The notes beneath the pieces are model-generated. The model searched no databases and was not told the origin of the DNA. It saw nothing but the letters and a program-made list of their open reading frames with translations. The position numbers were made by a program, and so were the translations under genes. From Octopus bimaculoides (taxonomy: Eukaryota), in assembly GCF_001194135.2 (NCBI RefSeq), contig NC_068982.1, positions 21,306,127 through 21,370,126 of the forward strand: DNA of 64,000 nucleotides, given 5' to 3'. Shown one piece after another: positions 1 to 12,680 of the stretch. Within the stretch, counting starts at the first letter, position 1. Every line of letters starts with the position of its first letter.

Positions 1-1177
1 GAAACAAGTTTTACGTATTCAATTTTCAGTCGCATATGCATCATCTGCTTTGCTTGCAGTGGCAGACGTACTGATGAGGAGGTTCCTTAGAAAATTTCCT
101 ACCATATTTTTCCGCGAATTTTCTGTAGCAAATCATTAGAAAGATAGAGTGCGAGATAGTGAGCAAACTTGTTACTATCGTAATCCCATAAGAAGAACAA
201 GTTAACACTCGAAACCGAGTTGACAAACACCACCGCCAACACCAATATCACAATCTATCTATATGTCTATCTGTCTGTCTGTCTGTCGCTCTCTCATTCT
301 CTCTCTCTCTCTCTCTCACTCTCTCTCACTTTTTGTATATATATATATATATATATATATATNNNNNNNNNNNNNNNNNNNNNNNNNNNNNNNNNNNNNN
401 NNNNNNNNNNNNNNNNNNNNNNNNNNNNNNATATTTCGTTTATGGATTTGGTTTGCAAGATTCTTTATGTGATTTCGTGTGTTGAAGCATATTCAGTTGT
501 GTCTGGGGAGAGTCATTTTCTTTTTGTGCCTTATATTTTAAATCACTCACCGGTAAAATTTCCACTTATTTCTTATTTTTATTTTCCTAAAGTTTTCGTT
601 ACGTCTTGTAATTTTTTCAATAAACTTGACTCTGCTTGTTATTTACACTGCGTTTCTTTTCGTTTGTTTGTGCGCATGTGGGTGGGTCAGTGTGTGTGCC
701 TATGCATGCATGCGTGTATGTATGCATGTGCGTGCATACATATATGTGTGTGTATGCACACGTATATATGTATGTATGTGTGTGCATCTATATGTATTCT
801 GCATATTCATGTGTTTGCGTGTCCATGTTTGTGTGTTTTATTTATGTATGTGTTGATGTGCATGATTGTATATGTATGCATCTCTGTCTCCTTCAGTGTG
901 CATGTCTGAGTATGTATGTGTTTTGCAACTATATACCGTGTTTGTATGTATGGATGTGCTTCTCCATATGTGCGGAAACGTGTCTCCATATGTGTCCTTA
1001 TGTGAAGTAAAGTTTGTGTGCATATATGGTCATGCGTTTCAGTCTGCATTTGCGTATGTGTGCTTGTCTGTTCATATAACCTATGTACCTATCCGTCCGT
1101 ATTTTGATCTGTTTATTTTCATTTTCATATGCTTACGTACATGTGCATATACACATATACATACACCCACACACATA

Positions 1178-2375
1178 GTGCCAAATTTTGCTGTGAGTTG
1201 TACCTCCGTTATCGGCCTTGGATGGATGTCATTTAGCCTTCTTCGGATTTCGTTAGACAGTTGTTCTATGGGTTCAAGTCCGGACTGAGGACAGGTCATG
1301 GCAATGTCTGGATGTTGTACTGTTGGAAGAAGTCTGTTGTTAACCTGGCACTATGGGTACTGGCTTTGTCATGTTGGGACACATGATTGCGATGACGGGC
1401 AAAGTATGTCACAATGTGAGGCCTCAAAACTTGGTCGATGTAGCGAGCAGTGGCTACTCCACTGCGCCAGGCTTGGTTGATGTTTTTGAAGACCACCGGT
1501 TCAATTTTATGGTTGAGCGCAATCCCGCCCTATACTATGATGCACTGTTCTCCCCATGAGTATCTTTCTACCACGCAGTCATCGACATGACGCTCAACCA
1601 TTCTCCAAATTCTAGCTCTGCATTCTGCCAAAGAAATGCAATATCGACTTTCGTCAAAAGTCCTCCACTGCTGAAATCGCAAGTTCTGACGTATTTAAGC
1701 CCGATGCAGACGCGTCCGCCGATGAAGGTCTGTGAGGAGTGGGCCCCCTAGCCGGACGTCGACAAGACAGATTTAAGGGTCTCAGCCGGTGGTGAACTGT
1801 CTCTGCACAAATGTGTCTGTGGTGAGTTCCTATCGCCTGCTTAGCTAATTCCGTGGCCCTCTGAATCGGTCCTGAAATTGCAATTACTGCTGGTGCTGAT
1901 CATCACGTGCCGTTGTTACCCTCAGTCGGCCACAGCGTGGACGAGCATCCGTGTTGTTTCTAACATTGTATCGTTCGCTCAGCTGCTCAGTTGTCCGAAT
2001 ACTGCAGTTCAAGTTATTAGCAATGATCCATGGACGTTGACCTGCATGGACACATCAGATGGCTGGTTCCCTCTGATTTCGTGTCAGTCTTGGCATATTT
2101 CCTCGGTTCGGAAAACCATTACTAGGCAGGTGAATTTTCGTGCCCTTTTATACCCAATAAGTCAACGTTTTGCACATACATTATGCTTTTCATAAAGATG
2201 CGTTAACGAGCATTACCATGTTCACGAAAAATGAGCGAGTCCGTACTCTACATGCAATCATTGTGTTTTCAGAAGAGAATGGTGTTGTGGGTGACTGACA
2301 TCTTCCTGATCTCAAATTCCCTCCTTTGCGGGAAACGAATAATGCTTTACAGTGCAACGTCTCTTTTGTAGTTCA

Positions 2376-2378
<3 letters not shown>
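1178..2378 (-). mobile_element. Tc1-family DNA transposon, decayed; 5' end/TIR present, 3' end truncated
   Basis: Minus strand starts TA|CACTGAACTACAAAAG at a (TA)n tract (2379-2434). TATAAAA lies at 2152-2146, followed by a transposase remnant. No matching TIR was found on the left side. Confidence 0.9.
1180..2096 (-). pseudogene. Tc1 DD34E transposase pseudogene (stops and frameshifts)
   Basis: Reassembled frames read MPRLTRNQREPAI..RPRCGRLRVTTARDDQ..TVHHRLRPLNLSCRRP..FDESRY..CVVERYSWG..*GGIAL..RYIDQVLRPHIV..QHDKASTHSARLT..LP*PVLSPDLNP(fs)IEQL. I count 34 residues between the second D and the E. Confidence 0.9.

Positions 2379-2434
<56 letters not shown>
2379..2434. repeat. (TA)n microsatellite (representative of many in window)
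   Basis: 28 perfect TA units. Similar tracts flank most gaps. Confidence 0.95.
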
Positions 2435-2435
<1 letters not shown>

Positions 2436-3377
2436 TGAAAGTCAATGCGAGTCAATAAAGATTTTCAACTGTATAAAGGTATTTTGTTTATTTCAATTAT
2501 TAAATAAAAAATGTTATGCAATTTTTTCATAAGGATGTTCCTAATCTTCCTTTCATTAGCACTTTTTTACAGTGCTAATAGATGCATTTTATAATCCCCG
2601 TCTTTACCTATATTCATTACCTGAGTCTTTTAGTTCATTATAACTAATCTCGTGTGATATTCACACATGTTTTCTAGAATCTCGTTAGGTGGATCCATTC
2701 AGTAATATTTCGATTATTTCCATTATAATGGAAACCTTGTGACGAAAATGCAATTGGAAATGTCCTGGAGTAAATGATATGAAGCATTTTCTGAATGAAT
2801 ATCTGAAAATAACATATATCCACCTACGGTTGATACTTTGATAAAACAAGGAGTTCATCCTTAAAATTTCAAGATTGTAAGGAAAAGATGAATGAGCCTT
2901 AAGACTAGATCCATTACACTAATCTGAAATGACTAAAGAAGACTGATTTGGACACTAAATAATAATTTATAGCAACAAACTCGGCTGAAAACATTTGTGG
3001 AAATATATGACAGGATGAGGTGTAGTACGGTTGGTATAGAATGTAGTACATAAAAAGAGCACTGCAAGCATTAAGACAACGACTGAAGATGTTTCAAAAC
3101 ATTTTTTTTTTTTTTTTAAGAAGCGACATTACAGCTTGGCTGTGAAAACTGTTATAATTTAGTTGTAAGAAACTAAATACTCAATGAACGTCGTATTTTA
3201 GACTATTAATTTCAACTTTAAAGACGACTTTTTTTTTCTGGCTTATTGACACTTAGACTATATTTCGATTATTTTGTTCTCCGATTTCATCGATCTCTTA
3301 TTCCTGGATATCTACACGCTTCTATCTTTAAAAATGAGGTTAATAGTCCAAAAATTATAATATTATTGATTTACGAC

Positions 3378-3502
3378 ACAGGCGCAACGCCAAAAATTTG
3401 GGTAAGGAGTACAGTCGATTGCATTGAACTTAGTACTTCACTGCTACATATTTTATCGACTTCTGACTGATGAAAGGCAAAATTAATCTAGACGGGATTT
3501 GG
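3378..3502 (-). mobile_element. SINE family A, degenerate partial copy
   Basis: GGCGCAACGCC..TTTTATCGAC..GATGAAAGGCAAA aligns by eye to the better family A copies at 27070-27285 and 59772-59981. Confidence 0.55.
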
Positions 3503-3655
3503 GAAGGAAGTATAATAAATATTCATTTAAGCATTTACTTTAAAAGCATTTCGTGCGATGTATTTTTATTTTTATTTTATTTTATTTTAACTAGAAGTAT
3601 ATTCACCACCAAGCGGTGCATGTAACATAAATATTACGGGGGAGAGACGGAAACA

Positions 3656-3662
3656 GATAGAT

Positions 3663-3735
<73 letters not shown>
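3656..3735. repeat. (GATA)n microsatellite
   Basis: Near-perfect tetranucleotide array. Others lie at about 10462-10519 and 62897-62945. Confidence 0.9.
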
Positions 3736-4133
3736 TAGAGAGAGGGGGGAGGGAAGGAGAGGGAGGGAGAGAGATGGTGAGAGCAATAGATCTGTGAAAA
3801 GAAGAAAGCAATTAATTTCACATCCGTTACTATATATCTTTGGAGACACATGATCGACATATGGGTTGAATGCACTTATTAGATGATATTAATATTATTT
3901 GAACTGCCAGCCATAATTTAAACGCTACTAAAATAGATGTTCGTATTACAAAGTCGGAGTGTATACGAAACTAGCCAGTAGTTTAAATATTTCTATCAAA
4001 GTAATAAATGCAAAAGCCTTGTATATAATTTACGTTACAGGTCAGTCGAATTTGTTCCGAATATTTTCACTGCTTTTATTCAACATATATAATGAGTAAT
4101 TGAATTATGTATGTATATATATATATATACATA

Positions 4134-4667
4134 CATAAACCTAAAAAAAGGTTTAAGGATGGCATAAGGACTGCTATGAAGTCAATTGGAATGGCTCCAA
4201 AAGATATAGAAGTCCTCGCTTCAGATCGAGTTGGATGGCGAACAAGGGTGTGGAGTGGAGTGAAAGCATTTGAAGAGGCCAGGATGATGCAAGCAGGGCT
4301 CAAGAGACATTTAAGGAAAAAGGTGAAGACTGAGAAGGTGAATGACAAGGACCTTTTTGTGTGCACAGTCTGTGACAGACCATGTCTGTCCTTGGCTGGC
4401 CTCAAATCTCACCTGCGAACCCATGGAAAACAAACCTAACTCAGCTATTCTGATTATATGTCTGTGCACACGTTTGAATGTGGTGTGTGCCAGAGGGTTT
4501 GCAAATCCAATGGGGGTCTTAAAAGACACGTTAGGATCCACAATGAGCAGAACTTACTTGCAGGTATTGGTAGTGCAAATCAGAGGTGCAATCTGTGTGG
4601 GTGTTTTTTCAAAACACTGTCTGGTTTAAAAAGCCACATCAGACGCCATGAAAGGGCTAAGGTGTAG
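4134..4667 (+). pseudogene. RTE LINE ORF C-terminus with three C2H2 zinc fingers, one in-frame stop at 4437-4439
   Basis: ORFs 4107-4439 and 4458-4667 are in the same frame, separated only by TAA. Three C-X2-C-X12-H-X3-H motifs lie at 4362-4424, 4479-4541 and 4587-4649. Confidence 0.85.
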
Positions 4668-4711
4668 GTGCAGGATGTGGTCAAACTCTGTTTAAGGAGT
4701 AGACAACCACC
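4134..4711 (+). mobile_element. 5'-truncated RTE-clade LINE 3' end, embedded in (TA)n
   Basis: KPKKRFKD..IEVLASDRVGWRTRVWSGVKAFEEAR..KRHLRK is the typical RTE post-RT C-terminus. A short 3' UTR follows, with (TA)n on both sides (about 4112-4129 and 4712-4736). Confidence 0.85.
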
Positions 4712-5194
4712 ATATATATATATATATATATATATATTTTAAAGTGCAAAAGTAGGGAAAGCGTCATGAAAAAGCACAACAGTATAAACAATATTGCATT
4801 AATAAATAGATATATAAAGTACAATTATGACCATTTAAAAATGGTTTTGAGAGATCTTACGATCGTTTCATGAATATACTTCATTTCGAAATGAAATCCA
4901 AATTTGATAACCATTATTAAGAAGTATATCCACTCGTCAAAGAAAAGGATGAATTACAGGGTAGTAAATGGAGTGAAGCGGATGCTATTTCAAATCGTAT
5001 AATAAAGGTGTTTTTTTTACATTTATGGATTACATACTGAAGAGAAAAGAATTATGGGACTTCTGTCTACACACAGCCATTGATTTCCCTGTTTAAATGA
5101 TCTCATTGTAGCTCATATAGATAATTATCGTTTTGCAAATGCACATGCTGTTACTTCGCTCGATATTAGTTTCTGATTTTTATAATAAATATAA

Positions 5195-5408
5195 AAGCAG
5201 CAACCTGGAAGAAGCGTTAGCAAGCCGGGAAATTTGCTTAGCGGCATTTCATTGCTACTTAAATTCTGAGTTCAAATTCTGTCTTGGTCGATTTTGTTTC
5301 TCATCCTTTCGAGGTTTATGGATTAAGTACCAGTTACGCACTGGAATCGATGTAAACAGCTTTCTCCATCACCCAAAATTTCAGACTTTGTGCCTATAAA
5401 AGAAAGGA
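5195..5408 (+). mobile_element. SINE family A (tRNA-like head, central domain resembling Meta-SINE domain)
   Basis: A-box-like TGGAAGAAGCGTTAG and B-box GAGTTCAAATTC, then TCATCCTTTCGAGGT..TAAGTACCAG and a tail ..TTGTGCCTATA. It is the reverse complement of the copies at 14318, 27070 and 59772. The superfamily name is from memory and unverified. Confidence 0.8.
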
Positions 5409-7849
5409 TGTTAAGGATGAATATGATGACGAGGAATAAAAGGAGGAATAAGATGATGATGATGCAAAGAGGTGGCAGATTTAAAGAAATAAAATTAATA
5501 TAAATTATTAGTGCAACATGTATGCTTAAATGTTTATGGAATAGCAGTGTAGGCAGTCATGTTGACCCTTGTTTTAGAAACCGTATTTAGACCTTAATTA
5601 CACTTTTGTTCTTGAAAAATATCCACACGGTTGTCTTCCATAGACAGATCCACTGGAAAGAACAAAGGAAGTTTTAATTAATGAATGATTTCGTCATTTC
5701 TCGAACGTCATTTGAAAATTCATTGGAACTGGATGTCGTGGATGTTGGAAACGCATAGCCATATAAGGCAAAATAATGTCAGATGGCATCAGTATGTTTT
5801 CTGTGATGCATCTCTCCTATAATATTGTTTGCTTCCGTTATATGTTTGTGTCAATGCGCATCGCGATATATTCTTCCTTTTTAACTCAAATATCGTGGAG
5901 ATATTCTATCAACGTCGTAGCTGTTATAGGTACAGCTTCATACAATTCCATAAATTGTATTTTTCATCGTGTATTATCGCAATACTACACAGTGGCTGTG
6001 TGAGCTACGAAATCCTCATCGCCACTGTTATATCGCACATTTGGATGACCTCTACTCAACTGCCCCGGCGTCTAGACTTCTCCCTCTGTATCTACGTATT
6101 GGGCTAGTCTACTTCATCGCGTTGGGGCGTCGACACAATACATCGTAGCAGTTAGCGCTGTTAAAAGTGACAGCTTTCTTACTATGTACGTCAATATCTA
6201 ATTTTTTTCATAAGCTAAGGCATTTTGGGACATAATATGTGAGCACACAATAACAACCAAAAGAATCAATTTTGGTATGATTCTTTGCACTTAATCTATT
6301 GATCTGTGACAAGATTTTGCTATTAGATCCCGCTGTTCTGTTCGAAAACAATTGAGTTGTTTTATTCAATCCTGCAACAGTCATTCATGATATACACCTG
6401 TGAAAACCTTGCTCCTAATCTAAACATTTACAACGAACAAAAAAATCACCCACAATCATAATTCTCAGAACAGTCGCTTATTCGTCTCTACACTCGAGCG
6501 TGTTTAAAAAAGGATCCTGCCAGGATGTTCACAAAGATATTTTACTTTCGCAAGTTGAGTATTTGTTGTGAATATGAAACAAATAACGAGTTGTATGAAT
6601 GCGTATAGCAAATGCTAACCTAGACAATTCGTAGTATACACATGTTAAAGCACCCATCTAATGCAGTAGGTACACCAGACACTGTTAATTCAAACGTAAC
6701 AAAAAGTTCTCTAAATGGCCAGATTAAACGTAAGTTGCAATGATAATCAATAATTTCAAGAGGACATTTGTGTATCTGCTGAATTTATATTAACGTCGTA
6801 TGATGTTGTGTGGAATAGTTTGAAAAAATATAAGCTATTTCGATTTGAATTCAATAATAATATAATTCCTTTTTAATCAAAGATACAGTTTGCAATGGCG
6901 ATGAAAGAGTATCATAAAGATAAGAAAGTTAGATCAGATACGATGATTTGAAGTAGGAAATAAATGAATTTGGTTGTAGAAAGTGAGGGCTATATTTGTT
7001 GTTGTTGGGACATTGGACTATATAAAATAAGAAGTTGAAAAAGTGAACTGAAAAGATAGGGCTAATTGAGAGAATAGAACGTCAATGAAAGACAATGCCG
7101 CTTGGAACTGCACGAAACTTCCGCAGAAGACACAAAATAGGAATGAAAATATTACTTAAGTCAGCTGGTCGCAAACACTTGAGAAAGTTTTAAATTCTCA
7201 ATTAAAATTGTTATGTTAAACAACACCAGCAACATCATCATTATTATCATCATCAACAACAACAACAACAACAACAACAATTAAACAATGTAAAATCTTT
7301 ATTGTAATAAATAAATATCAAAGCAAATAAGAAATTATTCGATTTCAAATCTTCACCACGTAACACAAATTTTCCAGCAAGATTACATTTCAAAACATTG
7401 TTGAGGGCAAAAGCGAAAGAATAGCAGAGCCTTATAAAAATAATAGACGTTGCTATATAAATACACGCGCGGGCCTACATATCAGTGTGTGTGTGTGTGC
7501 GTATGTGTGTGTGTGTAGATATAGATATAGTTATATACGTATATATGTTTGAATATTTACAGTCATACATAAATACATAAATACATGTCTATCTATCTAT
7601 CTATCTACCTATGTATACATGCTTAGAACACTTGGAATACTTAGAAGAGTTTCGGTCAGAATGTTCCAGGCTATGGCTAATTTAATAGTAACATCTGGAA
7701 AAGACATTTTAATGATATTTCACATTACAGTCATTGTTTGGGTGCCATTGTCTATTCGAGTATGGAGCTTTTGTTTGCAGATGTATATCTGTAATTTTCG
7801 AGAGATCTTCGTTCACAAAGTCATTTGAATGTTATATCTTTTTTTCCCT

Positions 7850-8520
7850 CGTCTGTGTCATGACATGATGACATGATGTTAAAGGGATTAAGGCAAGTTG
7901 TGTATTAATGTTGTATTGGTACGTGGGCATGATTTTGCAGAGGACGGATGACAAGACGACCAAGATCTGGGTGAATTTTAAAGTTGATGCGAACAAAATC
8001 TGGGCAATACGGTTGGAATATATTATACCTTCTGGCAGCATTTGAGTGAATAAAGTTTGATTTTCTCGAGACGATCTCAATAATCAAGACTGTTACGACT
8101 TTTATTGTTCTTGTGGTCGATATCCGGAGTGCTTCAAATTTAATGATATTTTTTTTCGTGCTGGGAAAGCACAGTAGACAGCAATACTCAAGGTGGAGAC
8201 AGGTGAAGGTGAAAAAGAGAAAGATAACGGTAGGAGCTTATCTAGATCGAAAAGTTCTAAGGATCTAGCAGCACACAGAATAGGCCATGTCGACCTTGTT
8301 GTTAATGTGGTCACCCCTTCAAGGCGCTAGATGCGAATCCGTCAGGGACTGCAGCTGAATTGCTTGTAATTTTCTTAATAGCTGCTACGATATCCAGGAC
8401 GCCAAATGATATGAGGAGTAACCATGTTGTGACTGATGGAAGTAGAGCAGTATTGTTTCTGCAGAATCTCACCCTAGTCTACTGCGTCAATACACAGTAT
8501 GTCATCTTCATCTGCGTGTG
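7850..8520 (-). mobile_element. CR1-clade LINE remnant with the RT core deleted
   Basis: Minus frames give GEILQKQYCS..DIVAAIKKITSNSAAVPDGFASSALK (pre-RT linker). This is joined directly to DHINNKVDMAYSVCC*ILRTFRSR*..HLEYCCLLCFPSTKKNIIKFEAL..LDY*DRLEKIKLYSL..CPDFVRINFKIHPDLGR (post-RT CR1 motifs). Confidence 0.8.
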
Positions 8521-10461
8521 TTTTTGTGTGCGTGTGTGCCTGGGGAACGTGTATTGACAAAAGTTAGTGCTTGCAAATAAGGGAAATAACACAATAGACT
8601 ACGTAGACATTTTAATTCATCAGGAGCGTATTATTTTCGAATACTAAATCTGTTTCACGGTTCCAATTGATAAAATGATACTTGTGGCAATAGGTCAAAC
8701 GTTCAATCAATTAATCAATATATACATGTGTGTATGTGTGTATGTGTCTGTGTCTGTGTCTGTGTGTAGTTGTCTGGTGTACACATAGCTTATGCATAAT
8801 ACGATCATGTAAATCCTAGAAGGCACGTTTGAAATTGTACACGTGTAAAACGAGAATTAACTCGATCAAATACTTTTGATTTGTCTATGTAGAACAGGAG
8901 GTTAGAAGTATTGAAGTGTTTAGTATTGATGTATAGCTATCAGAAGCGTTAATGATATCGAGAAGAAGAAGCGAAAATGAAGTATTTTCACCCCTTTCAC
9001 TTTTCCTTCCATTCAATCATTATTTCTTCTACTTGTTTTGGGGGGGATTTTTATAATGCTGTTTTTATATTATTTCGGTTCATGTATTAATTTTTTATTA
9101 TTTCCCCTCCATATTTTTTTTTTTCAATATTTTTCCTTTTTTTTGTGTGTGTGTGTGTGTGTGTGTTTCATCTGAAGTCATTGCGGAATACATCATAGCT
9201 TAAAAAGAATATTTTTACCGTATAATCCATCGGAAAAAGCCACAAAGATTCGCAGTTCAAAAGTTATATTGAACACTGTAAAGATANNNNNNNNNNNNNN
9301 NNNNNNNNNNNNNNNNNNNNNNNNNNNNNNNNNNNNNNNNNNNNNNNNNNNNNNNNNNNNNNNNNNNNNNNNNNNNNNNNNNNNNNNNNNNNNNNNNNNN
9401 NNNNNNNNNNNNNNNNNNNNNNNNNNNNNNNNNNNNNNNNNNNNNNNNNNNNNNNNNNNNNNNNNNNNNNNNNNNNNNNNNNNNNNNNNNNNNNNNNNNN
9501 NNNNNNNNNNNNNNNNNNNNNNNNNNNNNNNNNNNNNNNNNNNNNNNNNNNNNNNNNNNNNNNNNNNNNNNNNNNNNNNNNNNNNNNNNNNNNNNNNNNN
9601 NNNNNNNNNNNNNNNNNNNNNNNNNNNNNNNNNNNNNNNNNNNNNNNNNNNNNNNNNNNNNNNNNNNNNNNNNNNNNNNNNNNNNNNNNNNNNNNNNNNN
9701 NNNNNNNNNNNNNNNNNNNNNNNNNNNNNNNNNNNNNNNNNNNNNNNNNNNNNNNNNNNNNNNNNNNNNNNNNNNNNNNNNNNNNNNNNNNNNNNNNNNN
9801 NNNNNNNNNNNNNNNNNNNNNNNNNNNNNNNNNNNNNNNNNNNNNNNNNNNNNNNNNNNNNNNNNNNNNNNNNNNNNNNNNNNNNNNNNNNNNNNNNNNN
9901 NNNNNNNNNNNNNNNNNNNNNNNNNNNNNNNNNNNNNNNNNNNNNNNNNNNNNNNNNNNNNNNNNNNNNNNNNNNNNNNNNNNNNNNNNNNNNNNNNNNN
10001 NNNNNNNNNNNNNNNNNNNNNNNNNNNNNNNNNNNNNNNNNNNNNNNNNNNNNNNNNNNNNNNNNNNNNNNNNNNNNNNNNNNNNNNNNNNNNNNNNTAT
10101 ATATATATACATACATGTATGAATGTCTCTATGTATGTATACACACATATACACACACGCACATATATATATATATATATGTACATAAACATATATACAT
10201 ACATGCAATACTCACAACACAGCACATATATATGAGTACATGTGGATGTATATAAGTATCCATGATATGATATTGCGTTTGTTCATTTTTACTTCTTTTA
10301 CAATTCTATATTGATCAAACGCTTCTCTCGGATTTTTTGACGTATCTCTCATCGCACGATCTTTCTTTCTTTTGCGTTTATGTCCTACTCTTTTGTTTAA
10401 TGCCATTATGTTTCACTTGAACTCGTCTATTATTTCTTTCGTTTACTTGGTCATTAAATAA

Positions 10462-10518
<57 letters not shown>

Positions 10519-10531
10519 CCGGTCTCTCTTC

Positions 10532-10566
<35 letters not shown>

Positions 10567-12680
10567 AACACATACATAGGGGAAGTAAGAAGAGATTGAT
10601 TTAAATACTGATATGTAAAATTATACATACATATATATATCCATGCATACATAAATATATATATGAGCGTCCAAACACGTACACGCACGCATATATATGT
10701 ATTTATATATATGTGTGTGTTTAAGAGAGAGAGAGAGAGTGCACGTCTGTTTGTGTGGCTGCATGCGATTCTGTGTGTGAGTGCATGTGAATATAATCAG
10801 GATGTAGAGAAATGAATATAAGCTAATATACCTAGACATGTATATATAATATATATGTGTATGTGTATGTGTGTGTGTGTGTGTGTGTGTGCGTGTGTAT
10901 GTATGCATGTATATATATATATGAGTGTGTAGAATTGTGTGCATGTGTTTGTATGTCGATTTGTGATAAACATACCAATACGTCTTTTCCTATATATAAT
11001 TATAAAAGATAAACAAAAGCATTACGGCAAACAGAAACGCCCGCGCGCAAAAAAAAAATACAAATATCTGCACTCACACGCGTACATACACACACATAGC
11101 ATGTACAATAAAAGTTTGTTGGAAGCATGACTTAAAACCAAAAAGAAAGTAAGAGCAAGAATATGCAGTCATATCGTATTTATAAGATATATGAAAACAG
11201 CAGGAGAAAAAATTCATAAAGGAGTTCCTTATCAAGGTTTGAAGCATGAATAGCGACACTCACACAAACACACACAAACACACATATATGTGTGCACGTA
11301 CAGACACACGCGCACACGCATACACACACACACCCACACACACATACACATGCACACACATCAGGCTTCCACACAGTTTCTCTCTCCTAAATTTACTCAC
11401 AAGGCATTGTTATTCTNNNNNNNNNNNNNNNNNNNNNNNNNNNNNNNNNNNNNNNNNNNNNNNNNNNNNNNNNNNNNNNNNNNNNNNNNNNNNNNNNNNN
11501 NNNNNNNNNNNNNNNNNNNNNNNNNNNNNNNNNNNNNNNNNNNNNNNNNNNNNNNNNNNNNNNNNNNNNNNNNNNNNNNNNNNNNNNNNNNNNNNNNNNN
11601 NNNNNNNNNNNNNNNNNNNNNNNNNNNNNNNNNNNNNNNNNNNNNNNNNNNNNNNNNNNNNNNNNNNNNNNNNNNNNNNNNNNNNNNNNNNNNNNNNNNN
11701 NNNNNNNNNNNNNNNNNNNNNNNNNNNNNNNNNNNNNNNNNNNNNNNNNNNNNNNNNNNNNNNNNNNNNNNNNNNNNNNNNNNNNNNNNNNNNNNNNNNN
11801 NNNNNNNNNNNNNNNNNNNNNNNNNNNNNNNNNNNNNNNNNNNNNNNNNNNNNNNNNNNNNNNNNNNNNNNNNNNNNNNNNNNNNNNNNNNNNNNNNNNN
11901 NNNNNNNNNNNNNNNNNNNNNNNNNNNNNNNNNNNNNNNNNNNNNNNNNNNNNNNNNNNNNNNNNNNNNNNNNNNNNNNNNNNNNNNNNNNNNNNNNNNN
12001 NNNNNNNNNNNNNNNNNNNNNNNNNNNNNNNNNNNNNNNNNNNNNNNNNNNNNNNNNNNNNNNNNNNNNNNNNNNNNNNNNNNNNNNNNNNNNNNNNNNN
12101 NNNNNNNNNNNNNNNNNNNNNNNNNNNNNNNNNNNNNNNNNNNNNNNNNNNNNNNNNNNNNNNNNNNNNNNNNNNNNNNNNNNNNNNNNNNNNNNNNNNN
12201 NNNNNNNNNNNNNNNNNNNNNNNNNNNNNNNNNNNNNNNNNNNNNNNNNNNNNNNNNNNNNNNNNNNNNNNNNNNNNNNNNNNNNNNNNNNNNNNNTATA
12301 TATATGTTCTTTAACTTGTGATGTTTGACGCCTAGCCCATTATATCATGCTTCTTGTTCATGAGGAGTGCCATATGGTCAAATACATCATGTTTTAACAA
12401 CCTCTCTATGCATTCTGCTGCCTACAAACATATATATATCGAACGTAGAGATCGCAGAGTCGCATTTTGTAGTCAACACTTCTAAAACCAGAACAGTCTA
12501 TAAATATATATTTACAATGCCTATGCTGTATTTACAATACTATATTTATGCACTGGCCTTTACAATGCCCTATCTAAATGCTCTTGTTTTAGATAACGTT
12601 GTACTTTAGTGCGTGGTATTTCTTTTGTTTTTTGCATTGTTATTATTTTAAATTCTGCTGTTCTTATTATTGTTTATGTT

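Noticed and set aside
29-138. Plus-strand candidate exon AYASSALLAVADVLMRRFLRKFPTIFFREFSVANH* after TTTTCAG, and CTGATGA..GAAA at 71-93
   Set aside because: The peptide is unrecognised and sits at the window edge. The hammerhead-like string has extra bases before GAAA and no stem I.
220-1288. Long ORFs rich in C/V/Y/M/H/T/I and all ORFs spanning N-runs throughout the window
   Set aside because: They are translations of (TG)n/(TA)n/(CA)n-derived sequence and of assembly gaps, not genes.
2903-2914. Partial matches to conserved miRNA 5' ends (miR-279-like here, miR-87-like near 160, miR-33-like near 25826)
   Set aside because: Only 9-11 nt match and there is no precursor hairpin.
5700-6190. 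Possible decayed LINE fragment on the minus strand (APT, DF.AH, RFQHPRH, GFRSS words)
   Set aside because: The motifs point to different domains and do not fall in a consistent order or frame. A profile search would be needed.
6635-6729. Candidate plus exon ending AC|GTAAGT (MLKHPSNAVGTPDTVNSNVTKSSLNGQIK)
   Set aside because: The acceptor is poor and there is no homology. Donor-like hexamers are expected by chance in 64 kb.
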